Under the pieces are notes generated by a model that was not told where the DNA came from, did not search any database, and saw nothing but the letters and a program-made list of their open reading frames with translations. A stretch of DNA of 64,000 nt from a virus (lineage: Duplodnaviria; Caudoviricetes): IMG/VR virus record IMGVR_UViG_3300027782_000065, positions 17,664 to 81,663 of that record; one strand, given 5' to 3'. Numbering within the stretch: the stretch's first letter is position 1; the number at the start of each line of letters is the position of its first letter. The translations under genes and the position numbers were made by a program. Shown here in pieces: positions 1-9,700 of the stretch.

Positions 1-301
1 CAGTATCATAAACCGCAGCATAATCAGTATAGTCCTGGACAACCTGATCGGAGTTTTTTTGATAATCGGATATAATTTTAAGAGGATTTTTAATTGGATC
101 AATTTCTGTGATGTGATTCTCCCTCCACATACCATCACGTCCCTGAACAACCTGCCTTCTTGTTACACTTTCTGGAAGAACAGTACCGTTAAGATCACTA
201 CCTTCTACACCATATTCATTGCATTTGGTTAATTCATCCGTAAGAAATTGTGTTATTTTATATGCGGCAACTTCTTGTCTATTTTGTCCATCCATATTCA
301 T
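1..301 (-). CDS. hypothetical protein, 3'-truncated by the window edge (MNMDGQNRQEVAAYKITQFLTDELTKC...)
   Basis: Manual translation: ATG at 301, open to position 1; not in the ORF track; follows the propeller genes co-directionally. Confidence 0.6.
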   Translation of the reverse strand, partial: MNMDGQNRQEVAAYKITQFLTDELTKCNEYGVEGSDLNGTVLPESVTRRQVVQGRDGMWRENHITEIDPIKNPLKIISDYQKNSDQVVQDYTDYAAVYDT

Positions 302-351
302 ACTTAATCATAATTGATAGAATATCTATAAGAGTTATAGTGAATTAAGTT

Positions 352-1602
352 TTATTTCAAGACTAATTTATATTGAAAAATTATTTTACTTCCATTTCCC
401 ACAATATAAAAATCCATATTATTATTTTGGGTATTCATGAACACTCCTTGAGGTTCTCTCTCACCAGAATTTAATGCTCCCACATATGACATATTATTAC
501 TAGGATCGCCAGTTGATGAAATATCTACTGTAGGAGGATTTATAACATCAACAAAAGAATTATCATAATTTAACCCAAATAAAACTGCTTTAGTTACTCC
601 GATGAAATACATCTTATTAGAATTATTATTGACGCACATTCCTCTAATGTTTCCATATGATCCCTCATAACTAGTACCAGTTATTAATCGAGATCCTCCT
701 TGAATAGTATAATTTGCACTATTACTTGATATTATGGTACTATTTGCAATAGCAGCACCACTATATGCATATGATCCAATGTCAAATGGAGTTCCGCCAC
801 TTTTTAATATAAATCTATGCACTTGTTCGATTCCTATAGGATTAGTAGTAGGAGGTTGCCTTCGTGTTCCTAAAACATAAAGATTTAGACCATCATCAGA
901 AAAACAAAAATCACGATCTTGAAGTTTATATGAAAGATATGCTTGGTTTGAAGCATCTGTTCCAGAAATTGTCCAAAATATTGGTGCTGGTGTGAATGGT
1001 GGAAAATTTTGCCTACAGTCGGGGAAAGATAATGATCCATCACTTAGGTCCCATGGAGTATTCAATGTAAATTGAACAATTTTGCAGTATCCTGCATTAC
1101 CATCCAAAATATGCATTTTTGTTCCATCAGGACTAAACCTTATGCCTTGACCGTCCAACAAATCATAATAACTTTTTGGACTTCCTGGATTCTGAGTTGG
1201 TGATGTATCAACCCAATTTGGATTAATATTAGTCTTGGTAGCACCAGTTGTTCGTTCAATTAAATATGAATTAAGATTACGACTACCAGTTATAGATGCT
1301 GTATCTAAAGTTGAAATGTCCCATGGTGTTAAAAGAGTATATCGATACACTTGGCGGGTATTTCTATTATAAACAAAAGCATATTTACCCAAATAATCTC
1401 CAGAACCACCAATAAATAATCCAGGAATGTCAATATTGGGATCAATACCTGTTAATGCTGGAGATTGTCCTACCTGTACATAACATTCAGGACCTCCATT
1501 AAAGGATTGTATATGTTCATTACTTTCTGGTCGATAGATACCAAGATTAGCAGTTCTATCAGTAATTGTATTTCCAGTAAAACCCAAAAGACCTAATTTC
1601 AT
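352..1602 (-). CDS. beta-propeller-like virion/tail-tip protein
   Basis: Repeated FSxDG(T/L)x(M/L)(H/Y)(I/V)L and LxTPWD(I/L)S motifs typical of phage propeller repeats; lies in a fibre cluster. Confidence 0.6.
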   Translation of the reverse strand: MKLGLLGFTGNTITDRTANLGIYRPESNEHIQSFNGGPECYVQVGQSPALTGIDPNIDIPGLFIGGSGDYLGKYAFVYNRNTRQVYRYTLLTPWDISTLDTASITGSRNLNSYLIERTTGATKTNINPNWVDTSPTQNPGSPKSYYDLLDGQGIRFSPDGTKMHILDGNAGYCKIVQFTLNTPWDLSDGSLSFPDCRQNFPPFTPAPIFWTISGTDASNQAYLSYKLQDRDFCFSDDGLNLYVLGTRRQPPTTNPIGIEQVHRFILKSGGTPFDIGSYAYSGAAIANSTIISSNSANYTIQGGSRLITGTSYEGSYGNIRGMCVNNNSNKMYFIGVTKAVLFGLNYDNSFVDVINPPTVDISSTGDPSNNMSYVGALNSGEREPQGVFMNTQNNNMDFYIVGNGSKIIFQYKLVLK

Positions 1603-1608
1603 AATAAT

Positions 1609-2844
1609 TTAAAATGCAAGAGTATCGAATTGAAAATATCTATTATAAGCACTGTTATAATTATTAGAAACAATTAAACTTTCTTGATTATTTGAAAATG
1701 CCATGCCTGTACCAACGTACAAAGAAGCCTCTTGTTGGCTAAATGCATTAAGATAACCAAGTGTTTTATATTGTCCAACATAAAGATAACTATTATATGT
1801 TGCAGTAGTTATATCCCAAGCAGCAGAAAGATTATATACATATAAAGCTCCACCATAATTTCTACCAAGAAGATAAAGTGTGGTTCCATCAGAACTAAAT
1901 GAAATTGACACAAGATAATTTTTACCATCAGCAAAATCCCTTGATCCTGCCGCAGATAAATTAGCACCATCAGATCCTATATCCCAAGAAGAAGAAATAT
2001 TGGATTGATATAATACATCACCTCTCAAATAATATAATCTACTTCCATCTGGTTTGACAAAAATATCTCGCATTTTTATCTTGGTTGTATCATATGCATT
2101 AAGTGCTTGTGGACCTCCAAACGTAGCAGTTGATACTTTAACAGATTCTGTGTCTAGTGCATATTTTCTATCTGGTGCGTAACTATAAGCGACAGGAACG
2201 GAGTTAGTATATATATTATAAGTAACACCATCCAAAGTGAAAGATGAGTTGGTATTCATTGAATTTAAATTCCATGCAGTATTAAGATTATATTGGAATA
2301 TAAATGGACCATAGTAATAAAAATTTTGACTTCCACCAAAACCATAAAAAACACGTATAAGATTTCCACAAATAATTAATCTTGTTCCATCTGGTTTAAA
2401 TGAAATTCCGGAAGGTTCTGGATAAATTACAGTATAACTAGCACCACCCTCTGATGATGTTCCCATTTTTAAATATTTTCTATTATAAGTTGTAGATGCT
2501 GAAATTGATTCGATGCTCCCATTATTCAGAGGCATTGATGTAATAGAATTGTCAGCACTAGGATACTCATAAAATGGATCAGCATTTGCACCAGTTACAA
2601 ATAATGTTGAATCATCTGGTTTAACAAACATTCCAGTTACAGTACCCGGATTATTATTATATACCGAATCACTACAATCAGTATAAAAAAGATGTTTTAA
2701 ATTATCTTGTTTAGCATAATTTTGTATGTAAGCATTATCTTCTGGACGATACATTCCAGATTTATATCGCCTTTGTGCCCGACTATCTACGGGAGCAGTA
2801 TAATCAGAACCAATTCGACTAAGAGTACTTCTTTGAGGGCTCAT
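1609..2844 (-). CDS. beta-propeller-like virion/tail-tip protein, paralog of 352..1602
   Basis: Repeats FKPDGTRL, FVKPDGSRLY, FSSDGTTLY and LNTAWNL, SSSWDI, LSAAWDITTA. Confidence 0.6.
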   Translation of the reverse strand: MSPQRSTLSRIGSDYTAPVDSRAQRRYKSGMYRPEDNAYIQNYAKQDNLKHLFYTDCSDSVYNNNPGTVTGMFVKPDDSTLFVTGANADPFYEYPSADNSITSMPLNNGSIESISASTTYNRKYLKMGTSSEGGASYTVIYPEPSGISFKPDGTRLIICGNLIRVFYGFGGSQNFYYYGPFIFQYNLNTAWNLNSMNTNSSFTLDGVTYNIYTNSVPVAYSYAPDRKYALDTESVKVSTATFGGPQALNAYDTTKIKMRDIFVKPDGSRLYYLRGDVLYQSNISSSWDIGSDGANLSAAGSRDFADGKNYLVSISFSSDGTTLYLLGRNYGGALYVYNLSAAWDITTATYNSYLYVGQYKTLGYLNAFSQQEASLYVGTGMAFSNNQESLIVSNNYNSAYNRYFQFDTLAF

Positions 2845-3224
2845 GGTGGGTTTGAAATTTTCTCATAAGAAACTATGACATCAATATAATTTGTATTTCC
2901 GGCAGATGCTCTTATAGACCAACCTTCTTCTAGATAAAAATAAGTTTCTTTTGTAGAAATAATTTGTGTAGCATCTGGTGGAACATTGATGGTACTTGCA
3001 AGATAATGATCATTAGTGCCAGATGGGCCTGTCCCATACAGGGATATGCTGATTGTTGTGAAACTAGCCCCATTTGTATTTGCGGCAAAAATACTATTAA
3101 TTTTATAAACTTCTCCACTTGCAGCACCATTTGCTAAAACTGCTGTTAGACCAGTAGGAACGTTTTTATATACTGCAGTTTTTCCAATAAGGCTACTTGG
3201 ATTTCTAATATTAGGTGCTGCCAT
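2841..3224 (-). CDS. small beta-rich virion protein (MAAPNI family, putative adaptor)
   Basis: Clear paralog of 53360..53734 (MAAPNI..., KINSIFAAN/KVNTLLASN, DVIVSYEKIS/DIVASYETIS). Confidence 0.6.
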   Translation of the reverse strand: MAAPNIRNPSSLIGKTAVYKNVPTGLTAVLANGAASGEVYKINSIFAANTNGASFTTISISLYGTGPSGTNDHYLASTINVPPDATQIISTKETYFYLEEGWSIRASAGNTNYIDVIVSYEKISNPP

Positions 3225-3245
3225 TTTTTTATAGTCTTATGAGAT

Positions 3246-3252
3246 TATTTAT
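3246..3252 (-). promoter_or_regulatory. T4-type late promoter (ATAAATA)
   Basis: ATAAATA about 22 nt upstream of the 2841..3224 start. Confidence 0.55.
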
Positions 3253-3263
3253 TATTAAAAGCA

Positions 3264-6200
3264 TCAAAATAACATTGCCAAAATAACCAAACTAACGTCA
3301 TCGGAAGCAGCAAGACCTTGAGTAGATTGAACCCCTTGAAGTCCTTGAGTACCCTGATTATTACTTAATGGTCCTTGAAGTCCTTGAGTACCTTGATTAC
3401 TTAAACCTTGTAGTCCTTGTAGTCCTTGAGTACCTTGGGCATTCTGAACACCTTGAGCACCTTGAGCACCTTGAGCACCTTGAAGTCCTTGAGTACCTTG
3501 AGTACCTTGAAAATTACTTAAAGAACCTTGTAATCCTTGCAATCCTTGAGAACCCTGAAGTCCTTGTCTTCCTTGAAGTCCTTGAGTACCTTGATTACTT
3601 AAACCTTGAAGTCCTTGAAGTCCTTGAGAACCTTGAAGTCCTTGAGAACTTTGAAGCCCCTGTGTTCCTTGTCTTCCTTGAGTACCTTGAGCACCTTGAG
3701 TACCTTGAGCACCTTGAGTACCTTGGTTATCACTTAAAGCACCTTGAAGACCTTGAGTACCTTGAGATCCTTGTCTTCCTTGAGTACCTTGAAAATTACT
3801 TAAAGAACCTTGTAATCCTTGCAATCCTTGAGAACCTTGGAGTCCTTGAGAACCTTGAAGTCCTTGTCTTCCTTGAAGTCCTTGAAGTCCCTGATTACCT
3901 TGAGTACCTTGAGCACCTTGAGTACCTTGGTTATCACTTAAAGCACCTTGAAGTCCTTGTCTTCCTTGAAGTCCTTGAGTACCTTGAGCATTCTGAACAC
4001 CTTGAGCACCCTGAGTACCTTGAGCACCTTGAGAACCTTGAAGTCCTTGTCTTCCTTGAGAACCTTGATTACTTAAACCTTGTAGTCCTTGAAGTCCTTG
4101 AAGTCCCTGATTACCTTGTGTTCCCTGTTCCCCCATTGGACCAAATCCAACAGAATTTAAACTTGAAAATTCTTTAAAGGAACTGTCAAGATACAGTGGA
4201 ATTCCAATAGATCTTTCCGTGGTTCTGATACCCACACCATCTTTCCAATATCTAACATTATATCCATCATAGGTAATACTGACAACTGTTGAAGTAGTAT
4301 AAGATCCATGTGAATATAATGTTGAACCAAATTGATCAGTTTCATGAATTGCTAATACACCACCCAAACTAAAAAGCCACCCATAATCTATGGTGTTAAA
4401 ATTAGCACTTGTTGTTGGATTTGTATTGAGACCAACCACAATTTCAGCATTTATTTGAGATGCCTTGGCAGTAACATAAACGCCTCTAGTATAACCTTCA
4501 GTTGAATAAACTTGTCCATCAAAAACATTATTGTTTCCATTGGATTTGGTAAAAGTATTACCATTAACAATAACAACACCACCAGTTACATTTGGAGTCC
4601 ATTGGGATGTTCCACTTATACCTTGAGAACCTTGATTACTTAAACCTTGGATACCCTGAAGTCCTTGAGTTCCCTGAGCACCTTGAGAACCCTGAAGTCC
4701 TTGAGTGCCTTGAGCATTCTGAACACCTTGAGCACCTTGAGTACCTTGAGCACCTTGAGTACCTTGAGCACCTTGAGAACCTTGAAGTCCTTGATTACCT
4801 TGAGTACCTTGAGTACCTTGAGTACCTTGAGCACCTTGAGAACCTTGAAGTCCTTGAGCACCTTGAGTACCTTGAGCACCTTGAGTGCCTTGAGTACCTT
4901 GAGCACCTTGAGTACCTTGAGAACCTTGAAGTCCTTGAGTACCTTGGGCATTCTGAACACCTTGAGCACCTTGAGTACCTTGGGCACCTTGAAGTCCTTG
5001 AGTACCTTGAGCATTCTGAACACCTTGAGCACCCATAGGTCCTTGAGCACCCAATGATGAATATACTTGCCACGTAGTTCCATCATAGATAAGATCCAAA
5101 ATTGTATTTCCAATATCAACTGTCAAAACTTCATCAGCATATCCCTCTATTGTATTACCATAAGTAAGGGGATTTATGAGTAAATTATTAACAGTCCAAT
5201 CTGCACCATCAGCAATACGAACTATTGAGGAAACTGTTGGTGATTCTGGAAGAGTTAAGGTAAATGAACCTCCAGAAGTATTTGCAATAATTTGATCTCC
5301 ATCATTCAGGGTATAATCAGCAGTCTTTACTACCCATCCAGAAGGTTTTCCTACAATTCCTTGAATTCCCTGAGAACCTTGTCTTCCTTGAGTACCTTGT
5401 AGTCCTTGAGAACCTTGAATACCTTGTGTTCCCTGAGCACCTTGATTACCTTGCAGTCCTTGAGTACCTTGAGCATTCTGAACACCTTGAGCACCCTGAT
5501 TACCTTGAATACCTTGTGTTCCCTGAGCACCTTGAGAACCTTGAAGTCCTTGAGTTCCCTGCAATCCTTGAGAACCTTGAATACCTTGAGAACCTTGAAG
5601 TCCTTGAGAACCTTGAAGACCTTGATTTCCTTGCAATCCTTGAGAACCTTGAAGTCCTTGAGAACCTTGAAGTCCTTGAGAACCTTGAAATCCAGAACCC
5701 TGAAGTCCTTGAAGACCTTGATTACCTTGGGATCCAGAACCCTGAAGTCCTTGAAGACCTTGATTACCTTGGGATCCAGAACCTTGAAGACCTTGAAGAC
5801 CTTGAGTACCTTGTAATCCTTGAGTACCTTGGGCATTTTGAACACCTTGAGCACCTTGTCTTCCTTGAAGACCTCTGCTTCCCAGATCACCTTGAAGTCC
5901 TTGATCACCTTGAGTACCTTGAAGTCCTTGAGTTCCTTGGAGTCCTTGATTACCTTGAAGACCTTGATTACCTTGGGATCCACCTTCACCAGAACCACCA
6001 GCAAAACCCTGAAGACCTTGAAGTCCTTGAGTACCTTGGGCATTTTGAACACCTTGAGCACCTTGTCTTCCTTGAGGACCTCTGCTTCCTAAATCACCTT
6101 GAAGTCCTTGATTACCTTGTATCCCTTGAGTACCTTGAGCACCTTTTGCACCAACTCCAGATGGAGATATCCAATATCTTTTTCCGGGATATCCATCAAC

Positions 6201-6377
6201 TGCACTTAAAATATATTTTTCTCCACTAGGTGCTGGATTTACACTGACTGAAGAAACACCAACTATAGGATCACCTAAATCTGGTTCTGCCTGTTCCAAT
6301 CCAAGAAATTCATACCTATCAGAGGTAATCCCCGATTGCCCAAATCTTCTTACTCGTCCAGAATTATATCTTACCAT
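3264..6377 (-). CDS. collagen-like (Gly-X-Gln)n fibre protein with three globular inserts, 1037 aa
   Basis: Three GXQ tracts; internal domain TADYTLNDGDQIIANTSGGSFTLTLP resembles T4-like fibre repeats; hydrophobic C-terminus VILAMLF. Confidence 0.8.
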   Translation of the reverse strand: MVRYNSGRVRRFGQSGITSDRYEFLGLEQAEPDLGDPIVGVSSVSVNPAPSGEKYILSAVDGYPGKRYWISPSGVGAKGAQGTQGIQGNQGLQGDLGSRGPQGRQGAQGVQNAQGTQGLQGLQGFAGGSGEGGSQGNQGLQGNQGLQGTQGLQGTQGDQGLQGDLGSRGLQGRQGAQGVQNAQGTQGLQGTQGLQGLQGSGSQGNQGLQGLQGSGSQGNQGLQGLQGSGFQGSQGLQGSQGLQGSQGLQGNQGLQGSQGLQGSQGIQGSQGLQGTQGLQGSQGAQGTQGIQGNQGAQGVQNAQGTQGLQGNQGAQGTQGIQGSQGLQGTQGRQGSQGIQGIVGKPSGWVVKTADYTLNDGDQIIANTSGGSFTLTLPESPTVSSIVRIADGADWTVNNLLINPLTYGNTIEGYADEVLTVDIGNTILDLIYDGTTWQVYSSLGAQGPMGAQGVQNAQGTQGLQGAQGTQGAQGVQNAQGTQGLQGSQGTQGAQGTQGTQGAQGTQGAQGLQGSQGAQGTQGTQGTQGNQGLQGSQGAQGTQGAQGTQGAQGVQNAQGTQGLQGSQGAQGTQGLQGIQGLSNQGSQGISGTSQWTPNVTGGVVIVNGNTFTKSNGNNNVFDGQVYSTEGYTRGVYVTAKASQINAEIVVGLNTNPTTSANFNTIDYGWLFSLGGVLAIHETDQFGSTLYSHGSYTTSTVVSITYDGYNVRYWKDGVGIRTTERSIGIPLYLDSSFKEFSSLNSVGFGPMGEQGTQGNQGLQGLQGLQGLSNQGSQGRQGLQGSQGAQGTQGAQGVQNAQGTQGLQGRQGLQGALSDNQGTQGAQGTQGNQGLQGLQGRQGLQGSQGLQGSQGLQGLQGSLSNFQGTQGRQGSQGTQGLQGALSDNQGTQGAQGTQGAQGTQGRQGTQGLQSSQGLQGSQGLQGLQGLSNQGTQGLQGRQGLQGSQGLQGLQGSLSNFQGTQGTQGLQGAQGAQGAQGVQNAQGTQGLQGLQGLSNQGTQGLQGPLSNNQGTQGLQGVQSTQGLAASDDVSLVILAMLF
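3320..6150. repeat. 9-nt-period coding repeat arrays (about 3320-4130, 4620-5050, 5360-6150)
   Basis: Recurrent ccttgagtac/ccttgaagt/ccttgagcac units, the reverse complement of GXQ codons. Confidence 0.9.
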
Positions 6378-6383
6378 TTTTCA

Positions 6384-6743
6384 CTATTGTTTTGCAGTTT
6401 CTAAAATACTTAATACAAGATTTAAAGCATTATTCGCATTTGCTTTGATTTTAATAACATCATCAGTTTCTAGTGCAAGTCTTCCATCAGAAACTAAATT
6501 TAATCCATCGTTTGATGGAATTGAAATCTCATTTGCAAAAATATAATCTGCCGGTGATTCGCTAGTTCTTGAATGAGTTGCGGTTACAGTATATGTACTT
6601 CTTGCTGCACCAGATGATATATTGCTAACCTGAGATAAAATAACAATAGATGCAACACCTGTTGGACAAGTATAAATCCCAACATTATTGGTTGTAATAC
6701 TAACTCTAATTGTTCGGAACTTATTAAGTGCTACTACTGCCAT
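6384..6743 (-). CDS. small beta-rich virion protein (putative adaptor)
   Basis: 119 aa; IYTCPTG..SIVILSQVSN..LALETDDVIKIKA..LNLVLSILE pattern resembles 57926..58285 and the MAAPNI proteins. Confidence 0.55.
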   Translation of the reverse strand: MAVVALNKFRTIRVSITTNNVGIYTCPTGVASIVILSQVSNISSGAARSTYTVTATHSRTSESPADYIFANEISIPSNDGLNLVSDGRLALETDDVIKIKANANNALNLVLSILETAKQ

Positions 6744-6744
6744 T

Positions 6745-9700
6745 TTAGTTACCTAGTGCAATGATAAGGGGTGTTACTGTATTTAATAAACTTTGACTAA
6801 ATGCTCTACCAGAAATAGTTCCGGTTAATTGATTAATTATAACATCATCTCCGATTTGAAAATTACCAGATTGATTTGTACTAGTATAAATTACTTGTCC
6901 ACCATTTACCTTATAAACCTCATTATCTTGAATAGAAACTCCACCCAAAGCAGGTTTTGCAGTATTAATATTAGTTCCAGATCCAACCCATTCTAATGAT
7001 ATTGATGTTGCAAGTTGCAGACTTAATCTTGAAAAATATGCAGTTGATCCGGCACTAACTGTATTATTTAGATTCTGTGTCAAAACGATTGTAGATATTC
7101 CTGCATTTGGTAATGTTGCACTTTCAATTCCATAATAAATTGGATCCAATACTGGAGATGCTGCAGCATTAGATCCCTCACCACCAGTAATTTGAATATT
7201 TGGATTAGTTAAGTATTGTGATCCAGAACTAATAATATCAATAGAAGTTACTTTTCCACCCGAAATGTTTGCAGATCCTTCTGCCCTAATTCCACTTGGA
7301 CCTGTTGGAGCATCAATTGTTACTATAGGAACTGATGTATAACCAGAACCACCATTAGTTACATCAATTCTCAATATGGAGTAATATAATTTATCAAAAT
7401 AAACTGCCTGACCATCATAAGGACGATTTGATGCAATTCCAGAAATAATTAAAGTATCAGTACCTTGTGATGCAGTCTGTGTTACTATTCCACTATAACG
7501 ATAGATGGATCTTGAAGATGCATCCCCAATTCCATTGGAATATAACCCATAATTACCAAAAGATGCATTAGAATTGGTAATATCACATTGCCCACCACCT
7601 GCAGTATAAACCGCAATATCATCACAAATTGTAAAGAGAGAAACCAACTGAGCATATGCACCATTGGTGATGGATGCACCTATTCCACCTTGATTGTATT
7701 GAGTATATGAATCCAAACTCATAGATCCAGTTACACCAATATCATCTTGATCTCCCGGTTCTGCCTCAAATCCATTAACTTTTAAACCAATACTTTTTGG
7801 TATAAAATTAGTACAGTTTCTGATGTAAGGTCCTTGTGTAATTGGTCCAACACCTGGCGAATAAGTATTTCCTCCAATTTTTGTTGCCGACCAATTATTA
7901 TTTGTTAGTCCATCATATGCTGTAGGATATGTAGTGTTAATTCCTGCACCACCAAGAGCACCCAATCCATCTCTAATAATTGTCGTAACAACACCAACAC
8001 AAGAGTAAATTGCCGATACAACATTTGCACAACCACTTAAACTTTGATTACCATATGCACCATCAGATTGCATACTTAAATCTTTTATTTGTGTATAATT
8101 TCTATAATTTCCACCACCTGGTTTTGTGAAAGAAACATTATTAATACAAGACCTTGCAATTCCGGCAGCATATGTTAGAGCATCCATTGTCTCAGTTTTT
8201 ATTCCAACAATATATTGAAGTACTCCTGCATCTGTATAATATGTCTTACCTGCTCCAACAGATTTAGAGTTTCCACCTCTTGTGATATCAAAACAAACTG
8301 CTTTCAATACTGATTTAATATCTGAGGTTGATACTCCAATTGAAAATGCTGGATTCCTATAATCAGTACTAGTTAAATATCCTACTGTTTCACTCGCAAT
8401 AAAATCTAGATTCATACGAATCATTCTTGCACCATCAAAGAAACGATTTGATGAAACTCCAGATAATGGGCGGAATGCTATAACTGATGCGCCGTTTGTT
8501 GAATCTGGTCCAACAAAACTCAAATCTGTTACGTGACAACTATTATTAACGTGGAATAAATCTAATCCAGAATTTTGTGGCGTAACAATGCAGTTTCTAA
8601 GTTCTGCCCCCTCAACAGAAACACTTTTTTCAAGAATTATTGGATTATTTTCAACATATACTCCAGGAAAAACTTTAATTGTGTCTCCAGAACTTGCAAT
8701 TCCTGCAGCAGATTTAATTGATCTTTTTGGATAATTTTCTGCTAAACCAGTATAACTATCATTGCCATTTTGTGAAACATAGATTGTTTTTCCAATTGGC
8801 GAATATGAATATACTTGAACTCTACCCTTTCCATTTACAGGATCTAATGTAACTCCAATACCAGCAACAATCTGAGTGACAATTCCAACAAGAGTTGCAC
8901 CACTACCATAATAATCAGTTGCTGTTGCAGTTCCAACAACTGTTAAAGTATTTGTTATAACAGTTGTTCCAATTCCAATACTTCCAGTTGATGGATTGAA
9001 GACTAATTTTTCGGATGAAACAAATATTGTTGATATGGATCCACTTGATGCTGTTGAAAGACCAATATATCTCAATTCATTTGATTGATCATTTTGTACT
9101 TTAAATGATTCACTTATATTGGAACCTTGTGTTCCTTGAAGTCCTTGAGTACCTTGTCTTCCTTGAGTACCTTGAAGTCCTTGAGTACCTTGTCTTCCTT
9201 GAGTACCTTGAAGTCCTTGAGTACCTTGAAGTCCTTGTGTTCCCTGAGCACCTTGAGTACCTTGAAGTCCTTGAGCACCTTGAAGTCCTTGAGCACCTTG
9301 AAGTCCTTGTGTTCCCTGAGCACCTTGAGCACCTTGAAGTCCTTGAGTACCTTGAGATCCAGAACCTTGCATACCTTGAAGTCCTTGAGCACCTTGTAGT
9401 CCTTGAGCACCTTGTAGTCCTTGAGCACCTTGTAGTCCTTGAGTACCTTGAGATGCAGAACCTTGCATCCCCTGAAGTCCTTGAGAACCCTGAAGTCCTT
9501 GAGTACCTTGAGCATTCTGAGAACCTTGAAGTCCTTGAGTTCCCTGCAATCCTTGAGAACCTTGAAGTCCTTGAGTTCCCTGCAATCCTTGAGAACCTTG
9601 AATACCTTGAGAACCTTGAGTACCTTGAGAACCTTGAGAACCTTGTAATCCTTGAGAACCTTGAGATCCAGAACCTTGCATCCCCTGAAGTCCTTGAGAA

